This document shows, piece after piece, positions 19,854-29,957 of a stretch of DNA of 64,000 bases; position 1 is the first letter of the stretch, and every line of letters begins with the position of its first letter. The stretch covers positions 473,154 through 537,153 of the forward strand of contig JACPES010000003.1 in the NCBI GenBank assembly GCA_016183365.1, given 5' to 3'. Both the position numbers and the translations under genes were made by a program. The notes below the pieces were generated by a model. The model did no database searches and had not been told where the DNA came from. It was given only the letters and a program-made list of their open reading frames with translations. Source of the stretch: Candidatus Collierbacteria bacterium. Lineage in GTDB: Bacteria; Patescibacteriota; Microgenomatia; UBA1400; JACPES01.

Positions 19854-20452
19854 TTGCCGATTTTAGCCGGCTGGAAAGCTATAACTCCGACCATATTAGG
19901 CGGCCAATATCTCAACCAGGCTTTGCCGACTATTGCGGATTTTGATATCGGCCCCCAATCTCGGGAGTCGCTGGAACCGGGGCGGTTGTCGCCCATAACT
20001 ATGTATTGGTCTTCGGGAATTATTTTTTCCACTCCTTCGGCCAGGAAACTGCTCCCGGAAAATCCGCCGCTGGTGCCTTTTACCAAATTTTCATAAGGTT
20101 CGATTATTTTATTTCCGTTAATAAATATCTGGCCTTTTTCAACTTTGATTCTTTCTCCGGGCATGGCTACGATCCGCTTTATAAAATCGCAGTTTAATCC
20201 GGTAGGGCAATTAGCTTGGGGCGGGGCGGTAAAAATGACCACGTCGCCTCTTTGGGGGTTGCGGAGTTTATATGTTAGTTTGTCGGTCAGTAAAAATTCT
20301 CCGTCGTGGAGGTTGGGATACATGGAATTGCCGTTTACTTGGTGTGGCTGGGTCACAAACAGATAAATTAAAATTGCTATGGCGGAACTGGACACGAAAA
20401 ATTCTATGATATCAAAAAACCCGGCTAATATTTTTTTCATCCTTAACTGCAT
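19850..20452 (-). CDS. lepB: signal peptidase I
   Basis: Box B GNSMYP (catalytic Ser), box D GDVVIF, box E VMGDNRPGSSDSRDWG. Confidence 0.85.
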   Translation of the reverse strand: MQLRMKKILAGFFDIIEFFVSSSAIAILIYLFVTQPHQVNGNSMYPNLHDGEFLLTDKLTYKLRNPQRGDVVIFTAPPQANCPTGLNCDFIKRIVAMPGERIKVEKGQIFINGNKIIEPYENLVKGTSGGFSGSSFLAEGVEKIIPEDQYIVMGDNRPGSSDSRDWGPISKSAIVGKAWLRYWPPNMVGVIAFQPAKIGN

Positions 20453-20498
20453 TATAATGAAAATTTTGAGTAATTAGCAATGGTAGAATTAGGCAGTT

Positions 20499-20571
20499 GG
20501 ACCCGTAGCGCAGTGGTAGCGCGTTCGGTTCACATCCGAAAGGTCAGAGGTTCGATCCCTCTCGGGTCCAC
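20499..20571 (+). tRNA. tRNA-Val (anticodon CAC)
   Basis: Cloverleaf folded by hand: acceptor GGACCCG/CGGGTCC, anticodon stem TTCGG/CCGAA, loop TTCACAT, T-loop TTCGATC. No encoded CCA. Confidence 0.75.
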
Positions 20572-20863
20572 AAATCGCATTATGGTTAATACTACAACCG
20601 ATCCGCAAAATAAGGTTTTTGATATCGTCAATGAAAAAGACGAAGTTAATAGATAATTCTTCATTTGCGGATGCCGATCGGCAGCGCGAAATGAAAGCTG
20701 TTTGCAGATTTGGGATAGGTAGAATACAATACTTTAGTATGAAAATAAAAATAAAGAAAATCTTAGGTACAGGTCTTTCCGGAGGGGGGAAGAAGAAATT
20801 ATATATGATAAATTTTTAGTCTTTGTTCACTATATCATAAATTCTCCAGTTAGATAATTTAAT

Positions 20864-21598
20864 TTGAATATGGAAATTTGTACCAGGGTTGCGTGTTATC
20901 TTGAAGGAAAAGGCCGGTTGGTGAGTTTTCCTCTCGTGACTTTGGCCGGATTGTCCGATGGTATCAACCCCTGCGCCATCGGGATGATGATTATGCTGCT
21001 GGGGTACTTGGTGGTTTTCCACCGCAAAGAAAAAAAGCAGTTGTTGGTTATCGGTTTGGCTTATATCCTGACGGTCTTCATAACTTATTTAGTTATAGGC
21101 CTCGGGTTTTACCGTTTTGTGTCGGAAATTAATTTATGGGCTACCAAATCGATTCTGAATAAAATATTTGGAAGTTTAATGGTGTTGGCGGGAGCAGTTC
21201 AAATAAAAGACGTATTTTGGCCTGATAGCCCGTTACATTTACGGATTCCGGTTGCGGCCAAAGAAAAATTGCAGGGGCTTATCCGAAAGGCGTCGTTTCC
21301 GGCCACAATTCTTCTGGCTTTTTTGGTGACGCTTTTGGAAACCCCTTGCTCTTTGCCGCTTTACGTTGGGACGGCTAATATTTTGTCTCAATCCGGTTTG
21401 CCCTTAATCGGAGTTGTAGCTTATTTCCTGTACTACAATTTTTTGTTTGTTTTGCCGTTGATTATCATTTTGGGATTGATTCTATTTGGCTACAATTTAA
21501 CTTCAATGAAGGAATGGGAACACAAGGCCGAGAAGTGGATGAAATTAATAATGGGGTTGTTGTTGGTTGGTATGGGTGTGTGGTTGGCAATAAGCTAA
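20864..21598 (+). CDS. CcdA/DsbD-family thiol-disulfide transmembrane protein
   Basis: Polytopic membrane protein with paired cysteine motifs GINPCA and LETPCSLPLY, typical of the DsbD_2/CcdA family. Confidence 0.5.
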   Translation: MNMEICTRVACYLEGKGRLVSFPLVTLAGLSDGINPCAIGMMIMLLGYLVVFHRKEKKQLLVIGLAYILTVFITYLVIGLGFYRFVSEINLWATKSILNKIFGSLMVLAGAVQIKDVFWPDSPLHLRIPVAAKEKLQGLIRKASFPATILLAFLVTLLETPCSLPLYVGTANILSQSGLPLIGVVAYFLYYNFLFVLPLIIILGLILFGYNLTSMKEWEHKAEKWMKLIMGLLLVGMGVWLAIS

Positions 21599-24168
21599 CG
21601 CATTATTTCCAGGGCTTCTTCGAAATAAAGCCGGGCGGAAACGTAATTAATGTAGGAAGCCGATTTCGGAGTGCCCGACATACTTGCTTCCAAAATGTCA
21701 TTTTGACCGGCTTGAGCCGCTTGAGCGGCTATGGACAAACCTCTGGTGGCGGTAGCAGCTTTTTGGTCGGTTTTGGTTTGGGCTTTGGCGGTTAAATTGG
21801 CTAAATCTGAAATTTGTCTTGAGGAATAATTTTTTGAGGCCCTGGCAAAAACTATACTGAAAGCGGATTGTAAGCTCTCAATGGAATCGGACGTCAGCCG
21901 CCTGATTTTAATCGCGTCGGCCGAGCCAAATTGTAAATCTATATCGCCGTTGTTGATGTCGCGGCGCAGCCGGTGAAGCTTGAGTATTGCCTCATGGATA
22001 AATTGTAGCGATGCAGAAGGATTGGAAATATTCTGTTTGGCTGATTGGATTATTTTTTTAATGTCTTGATTTTGGACAGACAAAAGATTTTTAGTTCTTG
22101 ATTGGCCGGAGACGGCGGAAATTTTTGCGGCAGTCTCATCGGCTAAATTGACTGCTTGGCTTAAGTAAGTTTCACCGGTTGAATCTGTAACTGGTGTCAA
22201 ATTGTTAGGGTGGGAAGGATTAAGATTGAAATTCAAAGTTTGGATGTTGTTTTTTGTAATTGCACCGGTATATGTATAAATAGTATCTCCGTTAGGATGG
22301 AATTGAAGAATGTCCAAATGGTAGGCCCCGTTTCCGGTCCCGGTCAGGGTAGCGGTAGCGGTGCCGCTGACAACATTTTCAATAATTATTAGTCCATCAT
22401 TGTCAGAATCCAAGTAATTGGTTCCGTTAAAGGTAACCGAAATGTTAACCGGAGAACGCAAAAAGAATACAGCCAGCCCATTGTTGTTTTCCAGATTATT
22501 TGAAGTGATAGCGGTGGTGGCGGATGAGCCTAACGATTGCAGAATTTGATTAATTCCGGCTGTGCTGGTGACTAAACCCAGATGGTCGGCGGTGACTTCG
22601 GGAACAGACGATGCTTGGTCGTAGCGGCCGCTTGAACGTAAGACGGTTAAGTCGCCAGCGGAGGATCTGATAAACTGCTTTGGTTTACCGTCTTCCCATA
22701 GGTCAAGAGCTTGATCTATCCAATTTCTGGGGGTTATTTTTATTGACGAAAGAGTGTCGGAAGATGAATTCTCTAATCCGGTCATTGTCGTCAATAGCGA
22801 TTTTATTGATGAAAGTCCTGCGTATTGTCCAGGCAGTTGCGGATTACGTTGCAACATTGTGGACTCTGGAATGGTTTGATTCGACTGATTTACCAGATAA
22901 TCAAAGGTGGGTAGGATTTCTTTAACGGCTTTAAAGTCGTTCCTGATTACGTCTTTGGAAGTTAGGAACAATCCGGCTCTGGCATTTAATAATATTTGCA
23001 AGGGAATTCTTTCCGCTGCCGGAAAATCCCAGATTTCTCCGCCCTCCCAAGCGCCGTAAGCCATAGCCGCTCCCTTATGCGGGGAACCGACAGTAATCAA
23101 TTTGGAAACTTTAGCGGAATTATCTTGAGCGTATTTTGAAGATATTAAACCGCCATAGCTATGGCCGACGAGCCTGACTTTGGTGCCGGCGGGCTTACCG
23201 GAAAGGACAGTACTATTTATATATATATTTAGTTGGCCTGCCAGATCGGTGATTTGCTTCCGCCAATCGTAATACCAGATAAAGACGTCGTCGTCGGGGA
23301 TATCTGGGGCGTTGATGATTGATGAGACTAATAAGTCATAGGGATCTAATGATTTGGGCAATGCGGTCCAGTTTGTCGGACAATCCGTGCCGTTGATGAT
23401 AGCGTCTTTGCACCAACTCCCCATCATTCCCGGCAGAATCACGACTGGCCCTGATGCAGGTTCGATACTCGAGACCACGACGTTGTCAAAGTAGACTTCT
23501 GTGTGTGGATCACCGCCAACACCTGCTCTTAGCGCGATTTTTCCTATGTTAAATCCCTTTTGTGCTTGTGGGATGTCTAATACTAAATTACTGTCAATGT
23601 ACACAGAAATGTGATCATTATCAGCAATCATTTTTAAGTGGTATGTATTTCCATTTGTGACTGGGTAAATTGTACTATTTCCACAAGGTGAAAAACACAC
23701 TCCTTCTAGTACTACATTCGAATTGTTAGAACCAACTTGGAAGTGCAATCCGTACCAATTGAAATTAGGTGAACCGCTATACCTGAAAGCCGTATTCTTG
23801 TCTGTACCAGAATTTGGAGGAAGTATCATATCAACTTCATAAATGTAATTGTTCCATCCACCCCAGACTGAATCTTTTGGGGTAAACTCTGTTTGACAAG
23901 GAGAGGGGCCGTAGATGTTAATTCCTATGTGCCCCGAGTCTAAAGTCCAATTCCCATTGCAACTATTTCTTGGAATTTCCCATCGAGTTAATACAGAATT
24001 TAAATCTGGGTCACTAAAATCATCTCGAAATAAGACAACAGCATAAGCATTTTTAGGATCATTTAAAAACATCACGATGAAAGTTATTGAAGTAAGGAGA
24101 ATAAATCTGAAGGTTCGCATTATGATAAGTATAATCTTAAACTTTTCATTATTTGTCAATAGTATCAT
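21595..24168 (-). CDS. secreted multidomain alpha/beta-hydrolase (lipase/esterase-like, GHSYGG nucleophile elbow) with N-terminal ConA/LamG-like lectin domain
   Basis: Signal/TM N-terminus and a beta-sandwich region with paired Cys. Hydrolase core VRLVGHSYGGLISSKYA, a GxSxG nucleophile elbow of the PGAP1/LCAT/lipase-2 type. C-terminal Ser/Thr/Asn-rich beta region and a helical tail. Confidence 0.5.
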   Translation of the reverse strand: MILLTNNEKFKIILIIMRTFRFILLTSITFIVMFLNDPKNAYAVVLFRDDFSDPDLNSVLTRWEIPRNSCNGNWTLDSGHIGINIYGPSPCQTEFTPKDSVWGGWNNYIYEVDMILPPNSGTDKNTAFRYSGSPNFNWYGLHFQVGSNNSNVVLEGVCFSPCGNSTIYPVTNGNTYHLKMIADNDHISVYIDSNLVLDIPQAQKGFNIGKIALRAGVGGDPHTEVYFDNVVVSSIEPASGPVVILPGMMGSWCKDAIINGTDCPTNWTALPKSLDPYDLLVSSIINAPDIPDDDVFIWYYDWRKQITDLAGQLNIYINSTVLSGKPAGTKVRLVGHSYGGLISSKYAQDNSAKVSKLITVGSPHKGAAMAYGAWEGGEIWDFPAAERIPLQILLNARAGLFLTSKDVIRNDFKAVKEILPTFDYLVNQSNQTIPESTMLQRNPQLPGQYAGLSSIKSLLTTMTGLENSSSDTLSSIKITPRNWIDQALDLWEDGKPKQFIRSSAGDLTVLRSSGRYDQASSVPEVTADHLGLVTSTAGINQILQSLGSSATTAITSNNLENNNGLAVFFLRSPVNISVTFNGTNYLDSDNDGLIIIENVVSGTATATLTGTGNGAYHLDILQFHPNGDTIYTYTGAITKNNIQTLNFNLNPSHPNNLTPVTDSTGETYLSQAVNLADETAAKISAVSGQSRTKNLLSVQNQDIKKIIQSAKQNISNPSASLQFIHEAILKLHRLRRDINNGDIDLQFGSADAIKIRRLTSDSIESLQSAFSIVFARASKNYSSRQISDLANLTAKAQTKTDQKAATATRGLSIAAQAAQAGQNDILEASMSGTPKSASYINYVSARLYFEEALEIMR

Positions 24169-24189
24169 TACAGATGATACAATGAAAAA

Positions 24190-24831
24190 ATGAAAAGAAA
24201 CCCCAATACAGCTGATTTTTGGGATGCTTTAGTGGAGAAAGTGGGATCAATCCTTCCCGAAGATTACATTACTAAAGATAGAATAAGGTTAATTACAAAT
24301 TTAATTCCAAATCTTAATATTAAGGTATTAGATATTGGAGTTGGATACGGTTTTTTAGAGAAAGAGCTGGTAAAATCTAATGTTTCAGTTTACGGAATAG
24401 ATATTTCTTTCAACTCTATATTTAGAGCAAAGAGTTTACATAAAGGAATCTTTATTGTTGCATCAGCTAAAGCAATCCCATTCCAAGATAATTTTTTTGA
24501 CGTTGTATGTCTTCCAGAAGTTCTAGAACATTTATATGATTTTGAGTCTACTTTTGTAATGAAGGAAATTAGTAGGATATTGAAGAAGGACGGTAGATTG
24601 ATTATTTCCGTTCCACTATACGATGAAGTTTATTTAGGTCATCCAAGCGGTCATGTGAGGATCTTTACACCAGAGAAACTTTTTAAAGAAGTAAGCGAAC
24701 ATGGATTTACAGTAATAACAGAGAAGTATTTGTTTGCTTTTAAGTCTTTATATCTTATTAAAAGTCTCATTAACAGATTGTTGAAAATTAGGCGTGCGAA
24801 TAATTTAATTATGATGGCGAGTAAACAATGA
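24190..24831 (+). CDS. class I SAM-dependent methyltransferase
   Basis: Motif I VLDIGVGYGFL, motif II VYGIDIS, motif III DVVCLPEVLEHL. Confidence 0.75.
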   Translation: MKRNPNTADFWDALVEKVGSILPEDYITKDRIRLITNLIPNLNIKVLDIGVGYGFLEKELVKSNVSVYGIDISFNSIFRAKSLHKGIFIVASAKAIPFQDNFFDVVCLPEVLEHLYDFESTFVMKEISRILKKDGRLIISVPLYDEVYLGHPSGHVRIFTPEKLFKEVSEHGFTVITEKYLFAFKSLYLIKSLINRLLKIRRANNLIMMASKQ

Positions 24832-25982
24832 ATATTTTGTTTTTGACGCCGAGAAATTCCAAGAAACATTTGGGGGGGGTGGAGGGGCATGTTAGATTGT
24901 TGACGGAGGAATTGGAGAGAAGGGGGCATGAGGTGAGGGAACTAAGTCTTAGTGATATAGAAGTTAAAGAAAATAAAGATAAAAGAAGATTAGGAAAAGT
25001 GGAGGAAAAGACAAACAAAATTAAAGCGTGGATATATTTATGGAAGAAGAGAGATTTATTTAGGTGGGCGGAAGTGGTGCATATTCATGATGTGTTTTGG
25101 TGGTTATTACCATTTTGGTTTTTAAACAGGCTTGGATTGTTAGACGGCAGTTTTAATTCGTTGAACAAAGTTGCCAAACGCGATACGAATGATACGAATA
25201 GGCATGCGAACGACGCGAATAAAGGCAAGATATACACTACTTTTCACGGGTGGGAGGGGGTTTGTCCGCCGACAAGATCGGCGATTTGGCAGAAAAAATT
25301 GGCGCAGAAGTTGAGTCGGGGGACGATTGGAGTGGGGAGATTTTTTAAGAAGTGGTATGGGGTGGAACAGAATAGAGCGGTATGGGGCGTGGTGGACCCG
25401 CGAATAAGTAAGTTGTGTAAATGCCCGACCTTGCCGCGGCAAGGTCGGGCATTTGCTTTCTTTGGGAGATTGGAGAAGGTGAATGGGGCGGAGGTAGTAG
25501 TGGAGGCAATCAGAAAAATAATAGATCATATTAAGGCCAGGCCTTTCCCGGAAAGGCCTGGCCTTTTCAGATATTTTTTTGTCGGGGATGGGAGTTACAG
25601 GCGTGAGGCGGAAAAATTTGGGAAAGTTACCGGAATGGTGAAGGATCCGGAGAAATATTTGGTAGATGCCGATGTGGTGATTACCAGCTCGTATATGTCA
25701 ATGTTAGAAGCGACAGCTAGGGGCAAGTCGGTTATCGCGGTTGCGAATAATGAGTTAAAAAAGGATTATCTAGACGGACATCCGTTAAGAAAATATATTA
25801 AGGTGGTAAAAAATGCAGATGAATTGATTAGAGTAATTAAAGGACTGTATAAAGGCCCGGCCCTGGATTCCCAGGGCCGGGCCTTAAAAGATTTGAGGTC
25901 TGCTTATCTTTGGGCGTTAAAGCAAACACCGGAAAAGTTAGCCGATGCCTATGAATCTTTATGGAAAATTCCAATTAATTAA
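24828..25982 (+). CDS. GT4-family (GT-B) glycosyltransferase containing four in-frame repeat insertions
   Basis: N-terminus ILFLTPRNSKKHLGGVEGHV and C-terminal FFVGDG..., characteristic of GT-B retaining glycosyltransferases. Confidence 0.6.
   Translation: MNILFLTPRNSKKHLGGVEGHVRLLTEELERRGHEVRELSLSDIEVKENKDKRRLGKVEEKTNKIKAWIYLWKKRDLFRWAEVVHIHDVFWWLLPFWFLNRLGLLDGSFNSLNKVAKRDTNDTNRHANDANKGKIYTTFHGWEGVCPPTRSAIWQKKLAQKLSRGTIGVGRFFKKWYGVEQNRAVWGVVDPRISKLCKCPTLPRQGRAFAFFGRLEKVNGAEVVVEAIRKIIDHIKARPFPERPGLFRYFFVGDGSYRREAEKFGKVTGMVKDPEKYLVDADVVITSSYMSMLEATARGKSVIAVANNELKKDYLDGHPLRKYIKVVKNADELIRVIKGLYKGPALDSQGRALKDLRSAYLWALKQTPEKLADAYESLWKIPIN
25165..25215 (+). repeat. CGAATG-unit tract in frame in the GT4 gene
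   Basis: GCGATACGAATGATACGAATAGGCATGCGAACGACGCGAAT, encoding RDTNDTNRHANDAN. Confidence 0.6.
25419..25454 (+). repeat. Element D: 36-nt GC-rich perfect palindrome, in frame in the GT4 gene
   Basis: AAATGCCCGACCTTGCCG|CGGCAAGGTCGGGCATTT. Confidence 0.8.
25533..25565 (+). repeat. Element D: 33-nt perfect palindrome, in frame in the GT4 gene
   Basis: AAGGCCAGGCCTTTCC-C-GGAAAGGCCTGGCCTT. Confidence 0.8.
25852..25884 (+). repeat. Element D: 33-nt perfect palindrome, in frame in the GT4 gene
   Basis: AAGGCCCGGCCCTGG-ATT-CCCAGGGCCGGGCCTT. Confidence 0.8.
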
Positions 25983-26011
25983 TTGATTAATTAATTGGAA
26001 TTTTTGTAATT

Positions 26012-26902
26012 ATGTTAATTAATAATATTTCAATTAGCGTGGTTGTTACGGTAAAAAATGATGAAGCTGGGGTAAAAAGGCTGCTTGAAGATTTGGATAA
26101 GCAAACGGTAAAGCCGGATGAGGTTATTATTGTTAGGTCAGAGGATTACGGTAATTGTACACGTGGTAGGGGCAGAAATATCGGGATCAGGATGGCGAGA
26201 AATGAATTTATCGCGGTGACTGACGCGGGGTGCAGGCCGAGGAGAGATTGGGTGGAGAGAATAACTGCTGGACTGTATAAAGGCCAGGCCTTCGAGTACA
26301 AAGGCCAGGCCTTATTTGTAGTGGCGGGATGGTATCGAGCGGTGGCAGAAACGCCTTGGCAAAAGGTTTTTTTGCCGTATTTAGTGCCGACAATCAAGAA
26401 GGATAAGAAGGAAAAGAGAGGGAAAGGTAAAACATTCTTACCGGCCAGCCGGTCGATTGCTTTTACCAAAAAAGCCTGGGAATTGGTCGGAGGCTATCCG
26501 GAAGAGCCGGTTTCCGGCGGAGAAGATTTGAAATTTGCCGATAAACTCTGCAATCATACCGGGATTAATATAATTTATTCGCCAAAAGCTGTAGTTGATT
26601 GGCCGGTACCGTCGACTTTAACGGAATTTATTAAAGATATGGTTAAACATACCAGGGGGAATTTTGAGGCCGGATATTGGCCGCATATCGTTCGAAATTT
26701 AAATGTGGTAGCAAGGTGGATGATAATGGTGATTTGGCCGTGGTTGATACCGGTGTATTTGATATGGGGGATTACCCGTCTTCATCAAAAAACGGCGAAG
26801 CGATGGCGGATTAGGGACATTGCGATTAGGGTGGTGGCCGACGCGGCGGTATTTTACGGAACGATAATCGGTATAATTGATGGGTGGGTTATAAGAAAAT
26901 AG
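26012..26902 (+). CDS. GT2-family glycosyltransferase with C-terminal TM segments
   Basis: ISVVVTVKNDEAG...VTDAGCRP (GT-A fold DxD region). Hosts one in-frame palindromic insert (KGQAFEYKGQAL). Confidence 0.6.
   Translation: MLINNISISVVVTVKNDEAGVKRLLEDLDKQTVKPDEVIIVRSEDYGNCTRGRGRNIGIRMARNEFIAVTDAGCRPRRDWVERITAGLYKGQAFEYKGQALFVVAGWYRAVAETPWQKVFLPYLVPTIKKDKKEKRGKGKTFLPASRSIAFTKKAWELVGGYPEEPVSGGEDLKFADKLCNHTGINIIYSPKAVVDWPVPSTLTEFIKDMVKHTRGNFEAGYWPHIVRNLNVVARWMIMVIWPWLIPVYLIWGITRLHQKTAKRWRIRDIAIRVVADAAVFYGTIIGIIDGWVIRK
26280..26312 (+). repeat. Element D (CGAGTACA-loop subtype), in frame in the GT2 gene
   Basis: AAGGCCAGGCCTT-CGAGTAC-AAAGGCCAGGCCTT, encoding KGQAFEYKGQAL. Confidence 0.8.
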
Positions 26903-28092
26903 CGATTACGGGCTTCGGGTGGATGACGGCTTTGCGGATTGCCGGCCGCGGAGTGACCATTGCCAAAACCGCGATTTTAGCCAGAATATTATCTCCGGTT
27001 GATTTCGGGCAATTCGGGGCGGCGGCCTTGAGCTTGTCGTTATTTGAAGTTTTGACCGAAACCGGAGTAAATCAGGCCTTAATTTATTCCTACAAAAAGA
27101 CCGAAGAATTGGTTAATTCGGCTTGGACTGTAGCCATAATCAGAGGGGCGACTATTTCGATCCTGATCGCGTTGTCAGCCTGGCCGGTATCGATATTTTT
27201 CTCCGACAACAATTTAATTAAATTAATTCTACTTCTGGCTCTGGTGCCGTTAATTAAAGGATTTATTAACCCGATGGTGGTCGTATTTGTTAAAGAACTG
27301 CAGTTTGAAAAAGAAGCCATGTTCAGATTTAGCCTGTTGATAATTGAGGGATTGACGGCCGTAATTTCTGCCGTTTTCTTAAAGTCGGCCATGGCTTTCG
27401 CCTTGGCGATGATAATAGCCGGAGCGGCAGAAGTAATTCTTTCGTTTATATATTTTAAAATCAGACCGCGGTTGTCGTTTAGTCGCCAATATTTATCTGA
27501 AATTATGAATTACGGGAAATGGATAACATTGTCGGGAATCGCTTATTGGTTTTCAGCGGAATTAGACGATTTTGTGGCCGGAAAATCTTTCGGGATGAAG
27601 ACATTGGGGATATATCAGGCGGCCTATAAAATTTCGACCCTGCCTGTCACGGAAATAGCTGGATCGGTCAATCAGGTTTCATTTCCGGTGATGTCTAAAT
27701 TAAGAGACGAGAAACAAAAGTTTTGGAAAATTTTTATGGGAAGCATCGGGGTGATCGGGGTGATCGGGGTGATCGGGGGATTGGTTTTATGGATATGGCC
27801 CAGAGAGGTGGTTTTAATTTTATTGGGAGATAAGTGGTTAGGAGCGGTGCCATTAATCAGGATTTTGGCGGTATTTGGTTTGGTCAGATCGATTGAGTCA
27901 GGGATACAACCGGTATTTTTGGCTACAGGTAGGCCAAAAGTAGCCACAATCGGAAATTTAATAAAAGTCGTTACCCTTATTTTCGGACTGTGGCTTTTGG
28001 CTCCGTTGGGAATAGAAGGAATAGCTTGGGCGGCGCTGTTGAGCGGATTGTCGGTAATTCCCTACTATTGGTGGAAATTTAGGGAGATATGA
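26884..28092 (+). CDS. Wzx-like polysaccharide flippase (MOP superfamily)
   Basis: About 12 TM helices, polysaccharide biosynthesis protein N-terminus TALRIAGRGVTIAKTAILARILSP. Contains a GVIGVIGVIG microsatellite. Confidence 0.6.
   Translation: MGYKKIAITGFGWMTALRIAGRGVTIAKTAILARILSPVDFGQFGAAALSLSLFEVLTETGVNQALIYSYKKTEELVNSAWTVAIIRGATISILIALSAWPVSIFFSDNNLIKLILLLALVPLIKGFINPMVVVFVKELQFEKEAMFRFSLLIIEGLTAVISAVFLKSAMAFALAMIIAGAAEVILSFIYFKIRPRLSFSRQYLSEIMNYGKWITLSGIAYWFSAELDDFVAGKSFGMKTLGIYQAAYKISTLPVTEIAGSVNQVSFPVMSKLRDEKQKFWKIFMGSIGVIGVIGVIGGLVLWIWPREVVLILLGDKWLGAVPLIRILAVFGLVRSIESGIQPVFLATGRPKVATIGNLIKVVTLIFGLWLLAPLGIEGIAWAALLSGLSVIPYYWWKFREI
27749..27780 (+). repeat. in-frame (GGGGTGATC)3 microsatellite in the flippase gene
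   Basis: GGGGTGATCGGGGTGATCGGGGTGATCGGGGGA, encoding GVIGVIGVIGG. Confidence 0.8.
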
Positions 28093-29957
28093 GGGTTCTA
28101 TTTTTGTCTCCGGTGCATCCGCTGTTAACTCCGGGAAATCCTTTGCCAAAGTGGCAGATGCAAATGAGTTGGGTTAGAGGTTTAGAGAAGGCAGGGGCGG
28201 AGATAAAAGTGGTCAAGTATACGCCAGGGGACGGGGTTAGGCTTAATTGGGCTGATCGGGTTTGGTGGAATTTGAGGGTGATTAGCGAGATTCAAAAAGC
28301 TAGATTGCCATGGTTCGCTAAGGGCGGGCCTAGCAATGACAGGGGAAAATTTAACTTGATTGTTTATTCGCTGGGGGCAGATGTGCTGTTGCCGCAGACG
28401 GTAAAGTTAATTAAATGGTTGACGGGAACGCCATTGGTGATTTTGTCAGGAGTATCACCTATTCTCAACGGTAATCCGCGGGAAAAGGCTACCGCGAAAT
28501 TGGTGGATTTGGCGGCGGTGAATGACGAAAATCATGCCGAAGAATGGATAAAATTAGGGGCTAAAAAAGCAGTGATTCTGCCGATTTCAGCGATGGATCC
28601 GGAATTGCATTGGAATAGAGGCAAGGAGGATCAGGGGGATAAGAAAGATATTGACGTTTTATTTGTTGGGACTTTGACGGAAGAGCGGAAAAGATTTCTA
28701 AACAATTTACGAAAATTGTTGCCGAAATCGATTAATTTATTGATTAAAGAGTTTGGGTGGGAAGAGGAATACGCTGGATTGATGAGCCGGGCCAAAATTG
28801 CGCTTAATCCGATAAGGTCGGAAATGGCGGGAGGGGCTAATTTAAGAATGTTTGAAATTCCGGCGTTTGGGGCTTTGGAATTGGCGAGTAACGGGAAAAA
28901 GGAATGGTTAATGCCGGGAAAGGAAATGCTGGTGTATAAGGATGCGGAAGAGGCGGTGGGGTTGATTGCTAAATATTTAAAAGATGATAAAAGACGGTTA
29001 GAGATGATAAATAGAGGGATGAGAAGAGTAAAAAGAGAACATACATTTAAGGAGAGAGCAGAAAAGTTGATGGAGTTTATCAAGATGGACTTTAATAGGG
29101 CCTTGCCTTCTGGTACAAAGGCCAGGCTTTTAGTTGATGTGTCAGTTTGTATTGTTAATTATAAAGCAGATAAGGAATTAGAGCGGTGTTTGGCGTCGAT
29201 TTCTCAATTTACCAAAGGAATAAATTTTGAAGTAATCGTGATTGATAATTCGTCAGACAATAGGTGGTATTCAGGTGGGAACAATCTGGCATTAGCGCGG
29301 GCAAAAGGAAGATATGTTTTATTTTTAAATCCGGATTGTTATTTAACTGAAAACGCTTTGGCAAAAATGGTTGGGTGGATGGATAAACATCCCGAGGTTG
29401 GAACTGGTGAGCCGAGGCAGGTTTATGACGATGGTGAAATCGCGCCGACAGGTTCACTTTTGCCGGTATGGTGGGTGGATTTAGTGGAATTAACCGAGTT
29501 AAGCCGGTGGTTCGGGAGCGTGGGGAGAAAGGGCAGGTTGGGTAGACTTGGTAAAATCAGTGAGGTTAGGCAAGAGAATTTAGACAGGCGGAAGAATTGG
29601 CAGACGGAGGTAGTCTCCGGGGCGGCAATGATTGTCAGAAAGAGGATTTTGGACGAGATCGGCGGTTTTGATGAGAAACTTAAACTTTATTACACTGATG
29701 TTGATTTGTGCAGGCGGATTTTGGTGGCGGATTATCAGGTTTGGCATGTGGGGGAGTTTAAACTTGGCCATTCCACCGGAAGAAGCACAGATAAAATAAA
29801 ATGGGATGATCTGTATGATATTTATGCCGGGGATGGGGGAAATTACTATTCTAAATGGGGGAAAGAGTTTGGTGGAAAAATATTATTTTGTGGGATGAAG
29901 GTGAATAAAGCAATATTAAGAATAGGGCATGCGTTGATGACAAAGAAAGTGTTATGA
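28089..29957 (+). CDS. bifunctional glycosyltransferase (CgeB-like GT N-domain plus GT2 C-domain)
   Basis: N-half resembles CgeB/Glyco_trans_1_2 (DVLFVGTL...RKRFL). C-half is GT-A (CIVNYKADKELERCLASI...VIVIDNSSDN...LFLNPDCYL). Confidence 0.55.
   Translation: MRVLFLSPVHPLLTPGNPLPKWQMQMSWVRGLEKAGAEIKVVKYTPGDGVRLNWADRVWWNLRVISEIQKARLPWFAKGGPSNDRGKFNLIVYSLGADVLLPQTVKLIKWLTGTPLVILSGVSPILNGNPREKATAKLVDLAAVNDENHAEEWIKLGAKKAVILPISAMDPELHWNRGKEDQGDKKDIDVLFVGTLTEERKRFLNNLRKLLPKSINLLIKEFGWEEEYAGLMSRAKIALNPIRSEMAGGANLRMFEIPAFGALELASNGKKEWLMPGKEMLVYKDAEEAVGLIAKYLKDDKRRLEMINRGMRRVKREHTFKERAEKLMEFIKMDFNRALPSGTKARLLVDVSVCIVNYKADKELERCLASISQFTKGINFEVIVIDNSSDNRWYSGGNNLALARAKGRYVLFLNPDCYLTENALAKMVGWMDKHPEVGTGEPRQVYDDGEIAPTGSLLPVWWVDLVELTELSRWFGSVGRKGRLGRLGKISEVRQENLDRRKNWQTEVVSGAAMIVRKRILDEIGGFDEKLKLYYTDVDLCRRILVADYQVWHVGEFKLGHSTGRSTDKIKWDDLYDIYAGDGGNYYSKWGKEFGGKILFCGMKVNKAILRIGHALMTKKVL
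29097..29130 (+). repeat. Element D (degenerate CTGGTACA-loop subtype) in the bifunctional GT gene
   Basis: GGGCCTTGCCTT-CTGGTAC-AAAGGCCAGGCTTT. Confidence 0.55.
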
